DNA from: Utricularia gibba
Taxonomy: Eukaryota; Plantae; Magnoliophyta
Direction: 5' to 3'
DNA length: 64,000 nucleotides
Assembly: GCA_002189035.1 (NCBI GenBank)
Contig: CM007989.1
Location: 4,464,001-4,528,000 of the forward strand
Below the pieces are notes generated by a model. That model saw only the letters and a list, made by a program, of their open reading frames with translations. It was not told the DNA's origin and did no database searches. Below, in pieces: positions 51,950-64,000 of the stretch (the first letter of the stretch is position 1; every line of letters begins with the position of its first letter). The position numbers and the translations under genes are program-made.

Positions 51950-53657
51950 GAAAGATAATTCCTGGTGCATTTGCATCAAGGGTCTGTGTGCTCTCCATGT
52001 GCAAAGTTATTGCTAGACACTGTTGTCAATAATCCTCTGAACGCTTCTGTTTGTCGTTATTGAACTTCAATGGAAAGACCACACATTTCAGGAGCTTTGT
52101 TCCTAAGAACAGGATTTCCAGGAAATGATCACAACCTCTGAAGCCAAAGCCTTACTGATGAACAAATTGGTGGCATGCGGATCACCATTTATATTTCGAA
52201 TGTTGAGTTTTTTTCAAAATGATATATTATTAAAATTTCCTCCAAATTTGTTCATTTTCTCAAATTTCACTACGTTTGAACTCTAGGTTGTGTTTATTGT
52301 TGTCATATCGAATGTGCAAACACAAATTTGGGTGTTTATGTTTATTTATCAAACGAAAAATTTATTTATTTCATTTTTTTAAATTAATTGAAAAAAATTA
52401 TTTATATTCATTTATTTAAAATTAATGATTATTTATGAACGTTCATAAATACATATATTTATTAATTATTATACTTAAAATTAATTGATAAAAATATAAC
52501 AAAATTTATATAATTCAAATTTAAATTTAAAAATTTTATTTTAATAGGTTTATAATAAAATATATAATAAATAAAAATAATTAAATATTAATTTTATAAA
52601 GCAAAATATATCAATTTCTGCAATGATTATTGTTTTATTATCACAATTCTTTTTTTTAATTAAAATTTGATGTGATTCAACATAAACATAATATTTTCAA
52701 TAAATATTAGTATTTCATTTATTTCAATTGAAAAAAATAATCGAAAATCATTCATAACTGAATTAAATTATTAATAAAAATCATTCACATATATTATATG
52801 AATAATCACAATATATTACAATATTGATTAAGATAATATATTTTGTATCATTATTTTATATCAATTCAAAATAATAAATTTTGATGTAACATCAATATTA
52901 CAATGGAAGAAAATCAAGTACAATTGAATATAGATCTCGTTTGTATTTGTTCATTAAATTTATCAAATATGAATTTTATTTGTGTTTATTTATTTATATT
53001 CAAATGAAAATAAATTATCTTTGTTCAACCTAATATAATTCGAATATAAATTGTTCATTCATTATAATAATCTTTGCTATATTAGCATCTGAAATGCAGA
53101 ATAAAATTAAAATTAAAACCATTATACTTTAAAATATTAAAATTTTATAATAAACATTTATTTTGTATGGTATATTTTGGGGCAGGTGAGCTTTTAGGTG
53201 AAGATTGCTACCCGCACACCAGCCAAGGACTTCGGGTCGGCTACAAATTCAAAAATTAAGTTTGAGATTTTCTTTTTGATAGAATAACAGAAATTTGTTT
53301 ATTTTCTCCCTCATAATTTAAATCAAGTTTTACGATTACAATAAATTGATTTTTCAAGAAATTTTTAAATCAGAATGTATGATATTATAAATTGACATGA
53401 TGTGGAATGATAATTTGATTTCACATCACTGAAGTCGCGTTTTGAAGCCTACACGGGATTTACTTTTACACACGCTCTTGAAAGCCATCACCAGTTCCTC
53501 ACGCTTTTAGGCAAAAAGTCAAAAGAGAAGCTTCTTCTGCAACAAATCTATTCAATGGCTTTGACTTCTTCATAGAATTTTGTCTAATTTTCCCAGGCCG
53601 GAGAGTTCGTTTATACGCTACAATTTCCTCCCCCGTTCGACTCATTTTTCTAAGCCC

Positions 53658-54517
53658 ATGGCTGATACTCCTAGAGTCCATCCGCTAGAAGGCCCCCGGA
53701 CGCCGAAACCATCGGCGCCGTTGATAGGGAGTGCCTCCGCGCGGTCGGAGCACGGGGACCCGGAGTGGCAGCAGTACTACACGCAGACGGCACCACCGCG
53801 GAAACGGAGGTGCTGCAGTTGTAAAAAATGTTTTTGCTGGACGTTGGGCTTGTTGGTCCTCGTGGTCCTGGCTCTTGGGACTCTGGCTGCCGTCGTCTAC
53901 TTCGTTTTCCGTCCCCGGCTGCCGGAATACTCCGTCGATTCGATCAGGATAACGCAGTTCAATACCCGTAAATTATCTGTTCATATATTTAGGCTTTTTT
54001 GTTTTAGAAAATATAAGCTCTTAGCAGTTATATCATAAGTATCCTTATTACAAACCAGCCAATTTATTGTGATTTTTCTTTTTCCTCAACAGATCCAGAC
54101 AACAGCTTGACGGCGACGTTCAACGCCGACCTAACGGCAACGAATCCAAACACAAGAATAGGGATATATTACGAGGGCGGGAGCAGCTTCACAGTCCTGT
54201 TCACAGGGACTGAACTCTGCCGGGGCTCGTTGCCGGTGTTTTATCAGGGGCACCGTAACACCACCACCATAAGTATGACACTGACCGGAGAGACGGCAGA
54301 CGGATCCGGGCTGCTGCAGAGAGTGCAGGCGCAGCAGCAGACCGGAGCTGTGCCGCTGGATGTCCGTGGTAGAGTTCCTGTGCGACTGAGATTGGGGGGC
54401 TTGAGACTGACGACGTGGAGGTTTCTAGTGAACTGCAGGCTGACTGTGGATGGCCTATCTACAGATGCTACCTTGCGCATCAGAGAGAGGACCTGTAGGA
54501 TCAGGTTCAGGCTTTGA
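53658..54517 (+). CDS. NHL6: NDR1/HIN1-like LEA_2 protein (NHL6-like), 2 exons (53658-53967, 54093-54517), 244 aa
   Basis: SARSEHGDP, Cys-rich CCSCKKCFCW followed by a TM helix, FRPRLPEYSVD, NPN.RIGIYYE.GS, LPVFYQGHRNTT and the C-terminus C.(I/F)R(F/L)RL, as recalled for At1g65690. Confidence 0.88.
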
Positions 54518-56129
54518 TTCATTCATTTTGGAGCACAGCACTGTATATTCCTTAGTTTGCCTATTAAGTTGCTTATTATTGTATTCTATAATCCTCATGG
54601 TTTTGCAAGAGGAAAGAAATGGGGCACTAGCCCTGGGTTATTTACTTTAACTCCATTACCATATACTGTGCTTGGACCATAGTCACTTCCCAAATAATCA
54701 AATTCGGATTTTTGTATAATGCAACTGATAATCAATTTGCCATTATCAAGGATCAACCAAGAACACTAGATTAAAAAAAAAAAAAAAACCTATTGAGATT
54801 GGGGTAAAGTTGACATTTCAATAATGGGCTGGTGTCATCTCCATATTATTAATATTATGAGTAGATTTCATTAGGTACTTTAATTAATAGTATATTTGAA
54901 TTATTTATACCAAAATAAATGTTTATTATATCATGTGTTTAGTAGATATGTTTAGGGATAATGACAAAAAAGGATATGTTTAGGAATAAATAAAAATTAA
55001 AACTCAATTAATTGACAAAATTCATGCAAAATAAGAATTTTTGAAACACATGATTATAATAATTATACAATTATTTTAAAAATCACGCATGTGTTAGAAA
55101 AGATGTTTACCAAGCAATCGTAATTTTCAGCATACACATGTTTAGAGATATAAACAATCTTATTAAACACATCTTTTGGTCATTGAATAAACAATTTCAA
55201 ACTGGCATCACATTCTTTATTAAACCTGACCTAATGCGTGCCTATGCCTGCAAATAAGAACCACAAAAAAAAGATCATATAATATATAGGTATTAGTCAT
55301 CACACAAAGTAATTTTGTAGAACCGGCATAGGCTTATGACTAGGCATGAGAGTTGCTCTTCTAGTTAGTTATTCAGTGTTATCGTTTTGTGTTGATATAC
55401 TACGGACCGAAATGGCGTTTACTTCAGTTAGTTGCTTACTTTTTAATACGAACCGAGAACCGAATTGAAACCAAAATTGTATTTGGGTTTAGTGGGTTTT
55501 ATTGAATTGTAATATTTAATCAATTTTGGGTTATTATAACAATATAATGTTAAATATATAATAATACTATATTAAATATTAATAAAAATCGATATTCAAA
55601 ATAATTACATTTGAGTCGTTGATTAATCAAGTATAATAAATAAAAACCAACTGTTAAAGATTAGAAAAATAAAAAAAATTGAATTAGTTTCATTCAAATG
55701 TATTATATAAATATGTTGGATTAATGTAAATGTATTTTTAAAATAAATATAAATAAATATTATAATTTTTAATTTGATCTCTAAAAGAAAAATTAAATAA
55801 AGTCTATAACTATAAATTTAGTTAAAAAATTAATTCAATAATTTATTAATACAAAATATGCATGTTTTTTTTTTAAGAGTTAAAGAATCTACAAAAGATA
55901 CGATTTCGTACTAGATTTGGAAAATTATTTAATAAGCAGTGGTTTTTTATTGGGTAATGCCATGGGTTTTTTCTCTGCACAATCTTCCAGTGCGCCATTG
56001 CTGGAGACCGCATTTTTGGATGGTGGTTCTGTATTAAACAACATTTTCAAGAATTTTCCACAGGGCTGTTCAATGCTTGATTCACAGTCGGAAGGATAAG
56101 TTGCAAGAATATGCTTGTGAACACATTGT

Positions 56130-57969
56130 TCAAGATGATGCAGCAGCAGCAGCAGCAGAACTAATTGGTGTAGAACAAGGTCCCTGAATCGACCCATTTC
56201 TGGCCTTACGCCGATGAGGAGAAAAAGAGTCTTTCTTCTTGGAATTCAGAATTCTTTGGTTGCTTTTAGTTACAGCTCGCCTGGCATCAGCTGAAGAAGA
56301 CGAGCATCTACCAGTGGACGCTGCCGAATTCGGCTCCTTATTTGACGCAGAAAAAACCATTTTTTGCTGAGCCCCTGCAATGCTATTGCTGCCTGAAGAT
56401 TCTTCTTCTCGGATCTCATGCCCGCAACCATTAACGCCTCTAGTCACGTACTTTTGAAAGCTGGGTGGCATCAGATCGTCGGTATCAACGATCATAGACT
56501 CAAAAACTGGTTCCTCTATTTCATCCTTGATGTTTCCTGCTGGATTAGATTCCGGAGCTTTCCTGTTTTCAGCACATTTAAGGAGCACCTCTCTTCTTTG
56601 ATCTTCCTTCAAAGTCGTTGATAAGTTTGAGCCGATGCTGGAGTTAAGATCAGCCACTGCTTCGAGAATGGAACATGCCTTTGTGACACAAGCGGGAAGA
56701 GAAAATTCAGACGGTGGTGCACACTTCTGATGAAAGTTTTGGATGTCTTGCAGAAGAAGAGCTGTGTAGGATGAAGGCTTGGTATCTTGAACTTCAGGAC
56801 TGATGTCAAGGTCTCGAGAGAGACGGGCTGACCTAGTTCTTGTAATTCCCTGATTGAGTTTTGGATCTGGGAATATGAGCAGCTGCTCCTCCTTGTTGTT
56901 GTTGTTCTTGAAGCTTATGTTGTTTTGCTTATTGGTCTCAGGCGTCTGCAAAAACCCACATTACTGCATTTGTTCAGAAGATGGGGTTGAAGAAGAAGAA
57001 TGGTAAATTGGAGTTGTTACTGACCTGGCAGATGATATTGGTGTCGATTTCAGCGAGAGGATTCCTTTTGAAAGGAGAATGCTCTGCCTTTTTTGAGTTG
57101 CTCCGGCTGAGAGACGGTGCCTTTTCTTGCGGATTGTCGTTTAACGTCCTCACACGCATAGGTGAACGAGTACGAGGAGATGCGGTACCGGCGGCGTTTC
57201 GCTTTATCGGCATCTTCTTCGCCGCCGTGGTGGGATGTAAATCAGCGTGGATGCTTTTGTCCATTTGCACAGTGGCAGGGACAGAGATCATTTTCCCCGG
57301 CTTCGAAGATTTCGCATTTATTGCCAGTGAGTTTGAATTTGAATTCGTCCGACTTGAAATTGGGGATGGGGATCTCCTACTGGGAGATCTGCTCACGCGC
57401 CGCCCACCGCCAGTGCTGCTTCCTCGTTCTCTGCTTCCAGATCGGTGCTGTAAAGACTGGGATTTATCTCTTTCTGTACTTGGAGTCCTCCTCCGCCGCC
57501 CTTGGGAAAGGCCGCGGCGGTTGTCTCTCTCCCTAGCCACCGCATCTTCATCTCCGGCGGTGGCATTGCTCCCCTCTGATTTCGCCTGTTCGTTGTCGAA
57601 ATCGTAACTCCGTTTTAAAGCTGGGCTCCTTCTTTCATCATTCTCCGCCCTGGAGGTGGACGAGTTCCGGCTGAGTCTCCCGCACTGGATCAAGATAGCT
57701 TCCACCTCTTCCTTGGAGCAGCTCGGCGTCCTAGCCGGAGCTCCCCCAACGCCGACACTCACAGAATCTTCCTCCGGTTTCTTGGGTTCTCCGGGTCGCT
57801 GCAAGTCGTGGCTTCTCCGGTGCTTGATGATGAAAACCTCTTTCTTAACGAGAGTTTCTTCTGGGCGTTTCGTTTTCACTATTTGGGCATCAAATTTAGG
57901 TTTCTCCAGCAGACTTGCAGCGGCGGCGGCCGGTGAACGCCGACCTTTCTTGCTGAAACAAGTCCCCAT
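56130..57969 (-). CDS. Uncharacterized At1g65710/At5g37010-like protein, 2 exons (57969-57025, 56945-56130), 586 aa
   Basis: MGTCFSKK (possible myristoylation/palmitoylation start). Conserved islands CSKEEVEAILIQCGRLSRNSS, KRSYDFD, YTALLLQDIQNFHQK, LPACVTKACSILEAVADLNS and DDLMPPSFQKYVT within a Ser/Arg-rich disordered chain. Confidence 0.85.
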
Positions 57970-58384
57970 TGTTGAATAGGACCACACTCAAAAGCCACCA
58001 GGAAGAAAACACCGTGAGATGGAGGGAATTGAAGAAATTTGAAAGCAGTGGTAGAACACGGCATCCAAGAAAACGCAATAATGATGGAGTCGCTGGTGCT
58101 GGGGATGAAGAATTTCAAAATCTGCTGTGGCGGGGTCGCAAAATTCACCGTCGTTTACTTTAACTTTAACTTGACCTCCAATGTGCGCACCGCCCCCATC
58201 CCAACTTTTCATTTCCAACGGATTAGAAAAGTTTGCGGCTGGCTTTATTTTCTCAAATTTTTCATGTAATTACGTTAAATAATTTGAATTTCACAAAATT
58301 TATAATAAAATGATTATGCATAATTAAATATACATTTGAATTAATTATGTATCATATGTTATATTATAAAAAATTGAAAATAGT

Positions 58385-58387
<3 letters not shown>

Positions 58388-58446
<59 letters not shown>
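58388..58446 (+). repeat. (TA)25(TG)4 compound microsatellite
   Basis: Direct reading. Confidence 0.95.
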
Positions 58447-59399
58447 TATTACGTTATATATCAGAAAAAGTTTGATTTTGACTTGGACCCAAATTGACTA
58501 ATCTCTACTCCTCGGTCTAACTCTAGTCTAGTTTTGCATCTAGATTATACACTGTATAATTTGTTTAATGTTTTCAAAATAAATTATAAACAATAATGTG
58601 CCACATTAAAAAATAAAAAAGAGTTTGAAGATCATCACAAATGAGTGTAAAATACTACTATCAATCACAATAAAATCATGAAAATGAATATATTTCTTAT
58701 ATTAGATTATTCATTCTATATTTGCCGAAACACAACTTCTAACTTATTCATTCAAATAAATTTACAATAAAGTTAATTCCATAAATAACTAGGGAATAAC
58801 TCGAATGTATTCTTGTGGAGTCCATCATAATTGGGACTAGTAATTTTTCCAATCATGCTAAATCTTAATTCAAATGCAACTTTTAAAATAGGAACAATCA
58901 AAATCTTTTGGCAAACGTTATCAATTTCCACATTGCAGCACCTAGAAGCCTTGAAATTTTGCTCGAGCGTTTCGGCAACCTCGGAGTGCGGGGCATGGCG
59001 AGGGAGATGGTGAAGTGTTGCCGCACACGTAGGATATTTGGCATTAACAATATATATATTGTTTCGAAATATAAATAATATTTTGATTAGTTTGTTATCA
59101 ATTTTAGATATCTCAAATTAGTTACATTAATATTACATTTATATTTATTTTTAAATATCATCTTAATAATTTATTAAATTTATATAATAAAGTTAATGAT
59201 AGATTTGTTATCATTTTTTAGAAATATAAACAATATTTTGATTAGTGCATTGTCACTTGTATATATCTCAAACTAATTAAATTAATACTGAATTTATATA
59301 CTAAAGTTAAAAACAATATTTTGAAGCTAATTTGAAATTATAAAGTTTGGATTAATTTGAAAAAAAACAATAAAACTAATTTAAAATGAAAATTATAAA

Positions 59400-61500
59400 C
59401 ATTTAAACATCCAGTCTTTTACTCATGCTCATCAACTTGTTTTGCACCCCTTGTGCACCTAACGCCAATACTTGAAGTAGGAACAATCAAGGTAGGCCTA
59501 GGAGGAATGGGTGAAGTCGTGAACTTTCCATAAGCCCAAGGAGAAATCATCCTCACCATTGAAGAAAAAACCCATGTTTTGTGATGGCATCTGAAATACA
59601 TGAGGTGGATTCCATGGTACTGGGTGCTGAGGCATTTGGTGATGAGTAAACTGTACGTGAAAAGACTCTTGTGTCGTATTTGTCGGCATTGAAGGTGTAG
59701 CAAACCATGAAGATGAAACGAACTCCTCTGAGAGATATGCCGAGCTACAAGGGTTGTGAGAACGTGTATCCAGACACGATTCTCGAGGAGGCTCAGTATG
59801 CATCATCGACTAATATGAACTACCATATGTAGTTGTGCACCCAGTGAGAGTCTGTCTCAGCTAACTGTCTCATGATGCTTGGATTCGTAGATGTCATATT
59901 TGCCATACGATGAAATTGTGATGCCTACATATTGAATCATCAAATCAAATTTATTATTATCGCAAATAATAGTATAAACATGTAGTCTTACTGCATAAGA
60001 TAGAAGTTGTGCCACTCCACCTAAACATCTGGTACTAAATTCAGTCGGGGTGCTACCAAGAAATCTTATTGTCACCTTTTCATATCACTCATAATATTCC
60101 TTCTCACAGACTACACAACCATTAGAGTGATAGAGATGGTCCATCTGAGCATTCCAAGTTTCAAAAAATTGAATATTTCTTGATTCCCAACTTTGCTCCT
60201 TTGCAGTCCAACGACTTCGTGGATGATCAATCGGATTGGCTGGTATACATAACGGTAACCCAAACTGACGAGAGACTCTTGAATATTGTGATGCTCAACA
60301 ATCCCAAAAAATAGTAAGGGCCCACAATATGTCCAAATCTTACGACAATTTTCTTCACATCTCGAAAGTTTCTAGTGGAGTAAGGTCTCCACTTAAATTG
60401 TAAAAAGTGTTATTTAAGCAATCAAAAATAAAAAGGATGCTTTGAACAGAGTCATCTTATCGTGTCCAATAAAATCTACACTATCTCTGCAAATAAGAAG
60501 TTGATTGTAAGCTGTAGTCGTTCTATCCATAATTGTAGCATACATTTCATATTAAAGAATTATAATTAGTAAACAAAGTGAATTATATTTCTATCATAAA
60601 GAAATTAGTACCTCCAACCATAAATCATACGACATGCCCGATTGTATGATACATCCGAAAAGGCATACGATCTATAGGTGATAGTGTTTGAATTCGACTC
60701 CAAGCCCATAACTGAAAAAGTAATCATATATCATTTGAAAAAATTAAAAAATAATAATTTTTATTAACAAACCTGTAAAAGTCGCATAGGGCTGCCGATG
60801 GTCTCTCTTTCAACTATGCATCCTTCACTCAAGCTATGATATAAGTAAGCTAAAACTGTTGAACTTTAACTAAGTACACCTACTTTTTCGTCGTTTGCAA
60901 TCAAATCTAGATAAGAAAGACAACATTCATCGCCTTTCGTATTAGGGAAAAAAACCCCCACAAACAATCAACATATCAATACAACAAGCATATCTTATAT
61001 AAAAAAAAATAGTGATGATACTTTAGTGAATGTAAATATATAAATAAAAATTAATATCAATTACCTTAGTATATCTTGATGATCTAAATCAACATCAACT
61101 TTCTCTCCAAACTCTTTAACATAATCTCTAAATTTGGGAAGTGAAAATTTAGTTGCATTTCTCAAATGAGCCTCTCTTCATCCAAATCTATTTTCAAGAA
61201 ATTCTAACCATAGATTAAATGAAATGTTCTTGTTTCGAGACGCCATCTTTATATCAATGATGATAACAAATGATAATCATATTGAATTTGACAAGTCTTC
61301 ATAACTCCATAAAATCTTCATTGGTCAAGAATTGGACCAACAACAGTGAGGGGTTCTAACTTCCATAAAATGTTATCCCAATGCTTAAATGTATAAACAT
61401 TGTTCAAATTTTTACGGCTCAAAATTTGACTCGAAGTATGCCGATCTTGCATTTGTAATAAACTGCAATCCAAATATTTAAAGTATCAATTGACCTGTAA
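59400..61500 (-). pseudogene. Plant mobile domain (PMD/MAIN-like) TE gene remnant
   Basis: Fragments in shifting frames read CLSYL...LAYLYHSL, KWRPY, and PLLFFGIVEHHNIQ, resembling the PMD motifs W..A.LA.LY..L, F.W.PY and PLI.F..VE.H...RV.RQFG. A low-complexity S/T-rich tail follows. Many stops. Confidence 0.5.
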
Positions 61501-61859
61501 TATTTAAACATTTCATAGCAGTTTTGGGTATTGTATTGCTTTCTTTGGTTGTACCATGCCCTGAATCAAAGTGAATTCTTAAACCTAGCAGGAAGTTTCC
61601 CCTGTTGTGGGTTTTACCTGAAAATTCTTGTTGCTCTTATATGTACATTCAAAACAAAGAAACAAATCAGCATGCATGTATATCAACTGGTGCATGAAGC
61701 CATTCCCTTTGGATTGTCAACAATTGGTATCAATGGTGTGCCCAAGCTAACAATCATGAATCTCTCTTTGTGACACTCAAAGATCAAGCCTGTTTTCGTA
61801 TGCAAGGATCTATGGGAGCCAGTGGTCGTTGGCTCTATGCTCCCATCAAGCTGTGAGGA

Positions 61860-63770
61860 AATTTTGAGGATGCACAAAAATTGTGAAAATTTCTAAAGGA
61901 GATGTTTCGTTCAGAAAACACATTGAACAAGCTTGCTTATACAAAAGTATGTCTCGGTTGAAATAGAAGGATGAGAATTCAATGGTAGAGCACTTGAGTC
62001 GGTTTAAGGACATTGTTGATCAGATGGTTTCATTTTAGATGAGATTTGATGAGGAAATTCAAACATTTTAACTCATAGATACATTGTTGGATTCATGGGA
62101 AAATCTTGTGATCACACTTTTAACTCTACTAGAGGAGGTCTCAAGTATGAGATAGTGGTGATAAATGAAAAATTTGCAAGTATCGTCAAAATGAAAAATT
62201 CTCATATCAAATAAATTTATAAACTTAATGCACATTTAATCATAACACAAATATGAGGAAAATATATATAGGGTCGATCACGAATAGCTTTATACTTGCT
62301 ATGAGAAAGGTAATGGATTTTTTTTTTATATGGTTGAAGATTAAATCTAAGCTAAGACTAATTCAATTTTATGATAAAATACAATAAAGCAAAGTATTAA
62401 ACTAGTAAACTCGATTGTTGTCTAAAAAGAAATGTGATGATGTCCGGGGATTCCTAGGAATAGCATGCTAATTACGACAACTATTCCACCCAAATAAAAA
62501 ATCATTCATCTAACAAATAAAAGTTCAAGTTAAACTAAAATCTTGTCTTCTTTCAATTTTTGGTCTACCTCTATTTCAGGTTGTTTATGATGAACACTAC
62601 TCTCCATCCTAAATCTATCTCGATTTGATAAGGAACTAATATGATTACGTGTTAAGTGTGATTTAATGAACAATAAAAATGTTTATCTCCTTTTGTCTCA
62701 AGCATCATGTGGTGCTTAATTATTCATAATAAAGGAAAATAAAGTTAATGCACAAAATATCATCATCTGCATACTCATGTCATAGTTCAACATGGAAAAT
62801 AAATAGTAGTCCGAAATAAAAATAGTTTTCAACAAAACATTGAAATATTGATCTTGATCTACTCCATGTTGGGAGTAGTGTTCGTATTGAAGTGAAAATC
62901 TGCAGATTAAGTTAAGTTCTTCATTCGCCTTCCTTTTTTCTTCTTTTGTGTTTTTTTTCCCAGAATCCTCTCCAGATTGTTGCTTGTTCCTTGAAATGAT
63001 GTTCCTATTATGTTTCTTTATCATTTCCAAAAATCCATTTTTTTTTGTTTCCTTGGGATTTGCATTGTTGAAAATATGATGCATTGCTTAAAGAAAGTGA
63101 TTGAAACAAATATTGAGACTAAATCCAAGATTTATTTCGAATCTGGAATGAAAACACATAAATATACTATTTATTGCAAGGGTTCGGAAATGCTGAATTA
63201 AATCTCAGTTTTAAAATATAATGTTAAGACACTGAAAGCATGAGTAATCAAGTGGCAAAATTGTTGTTGCAAGAAGAGTTACGCAAGTGTAATGCAATGA
63301 CAGAGAGAAGCGTTGATACCAATAATACTCTCGCTTATAGTGAGAGAACATTTCAAGGATGATCTCAAGAGTGACTTGATAACAAAGGCCGAGATAAATC
63401 TAAACACAAGAATAAACCTCAAGAGGATGATGGTAAATCTGGTAAGAAACTTGAGTCACAGTCATGTGTTTTGCTGTGGGAACAATGTGAAATGAACGCA
63501 ATGGCTAAAAACGATCTCACCTAGAGAAACGGGACGAGCAAGGCATGTGAAGTCCCGAAGTAATACATCAGCATATCTCAACGTGATAGATGATGATTTA
63601 CTAGTGCTGTTAGTTGCAGAGGCCGGAGAAACTGGGTTAAGCGACTCAGGGTTTGTAGATTCAACAGCATCGTTTCATGCATCGCCTTCAAAAATAGCAA
63701 TGTTGAATTATAAGAAATGTGATTCAAATACAATGACGATGGGCAACCAACTCAGCCAAGTGATGAGATT
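61860..63770 (+). mobile_element. Ty1/copia gag-protease remnant interrupted by a solo LTR
   Basis: Left piece: AQKL.KFLKEMF...HLSRFKDIVDQM...FDEEIQ...LLDSWENLVITL (UBN2/gag). After removing the insert it reads YEIVAKLLLQEELRK. The protease-like motif FVDSTASFHA...MGN lies near 63650-63745. Confidence 0.7.
62159..63250 (-). mobile_element. Solo LTR, 1092 bp, TG...CA, 5-bp TSD AGTGG
   Basis: agtgg (62154-62158) | TGATAAATG ... GAGTAATCA | agtgg (63251-63255). No internal coding sequence. The strand call is tentative. Confidence 0.9.
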
Positions 63771-64000
63771 TTCTTTCAACATAACCATTTTGTTATGTTA
63801 AATGTGTACATTTATAATTGAGATACATCCCATATGTCCACAATGTAGTAGGGTAATAAAATCGAGAACATGTCTTGTGGTAACAAAAATAAATTTAGAT
63901 TATTCAAGAATAATCATGATACATAATTTTGTATCATATTAAAATTCAACACGTGTTTTTCTAATCTTCAATTATTATCCACAACATATTATATTACAAG

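Noticed and set aside
53968-54092. Intron in an NHL gene (the family is mostly intronless), with an in-frame alternative acceptor 6 nt downstream
   Set aside because: From memory the NHL6/NHL25 clade has two exons, so this is probably ancestral rather than an intron gain. Not verified.
56981-57979. Long plus-strand ORFs (208, 124 and 107 aa) antisense to the At1g65710-like gene
   Set aside because: They are shadow frames of a Ser/Arg-rich CDS.
1-64000. CRISPR arrays, complete tRNA genes, snoRNA clusters, organellar insertions
   Set aside because: None seen. The only tRNA-like sequence is the 18-nt PBS at 25223-25240.

Overview
Plant nuclear DNA from a photosynthetic eudicot. The protein sequences look asterid/Lamiales-like; this is an inference. 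Five host genes appear intact: SHPRH (19 exons, 1634 aa, every exon phase checked by hand), thylakoid rubredoxin RBD1 head-to-head with it, an LRAT/NC-domain gene, NHL6 and an At1g65710-like gene. A sixth, a VPS13M2-type (At1g48090-like) lipid-bridge gene at 100-12990, is a pseudogene. It carries at least 7 exonic frameshifts, 2 nonsense codons, a lost splice donor and two large genomic deletions that still splice in frame. The 13-39 kb interval is a TE and repeat nest: two MULE transposase remnants, a Tat/Retand Ty3 element with an apparently spliced antisense extra gene, LTR fragments, an FCP1/NIF-phosphatase-like pseudogene, and a 4.8 kb orphan 45S rDNA piece (25S 3' half - IGS - 18S 3' half - ITS1 - 25S 5' part). 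The rDNA piece has microhomology deletions and two templated-insertion junctions. The 59-64 kb end holds a PMD remnant and a Copia gag-protease remnant split by a 1092-bp solo LTR with a perfect AGTGG TSD. I see no clearly new biological system. The strongest leads are the shortened-then-dead VPS13 and the DSB-repair scars in the rDNA orphon. All homology calls rest on recalled reference sequences, not on searches.
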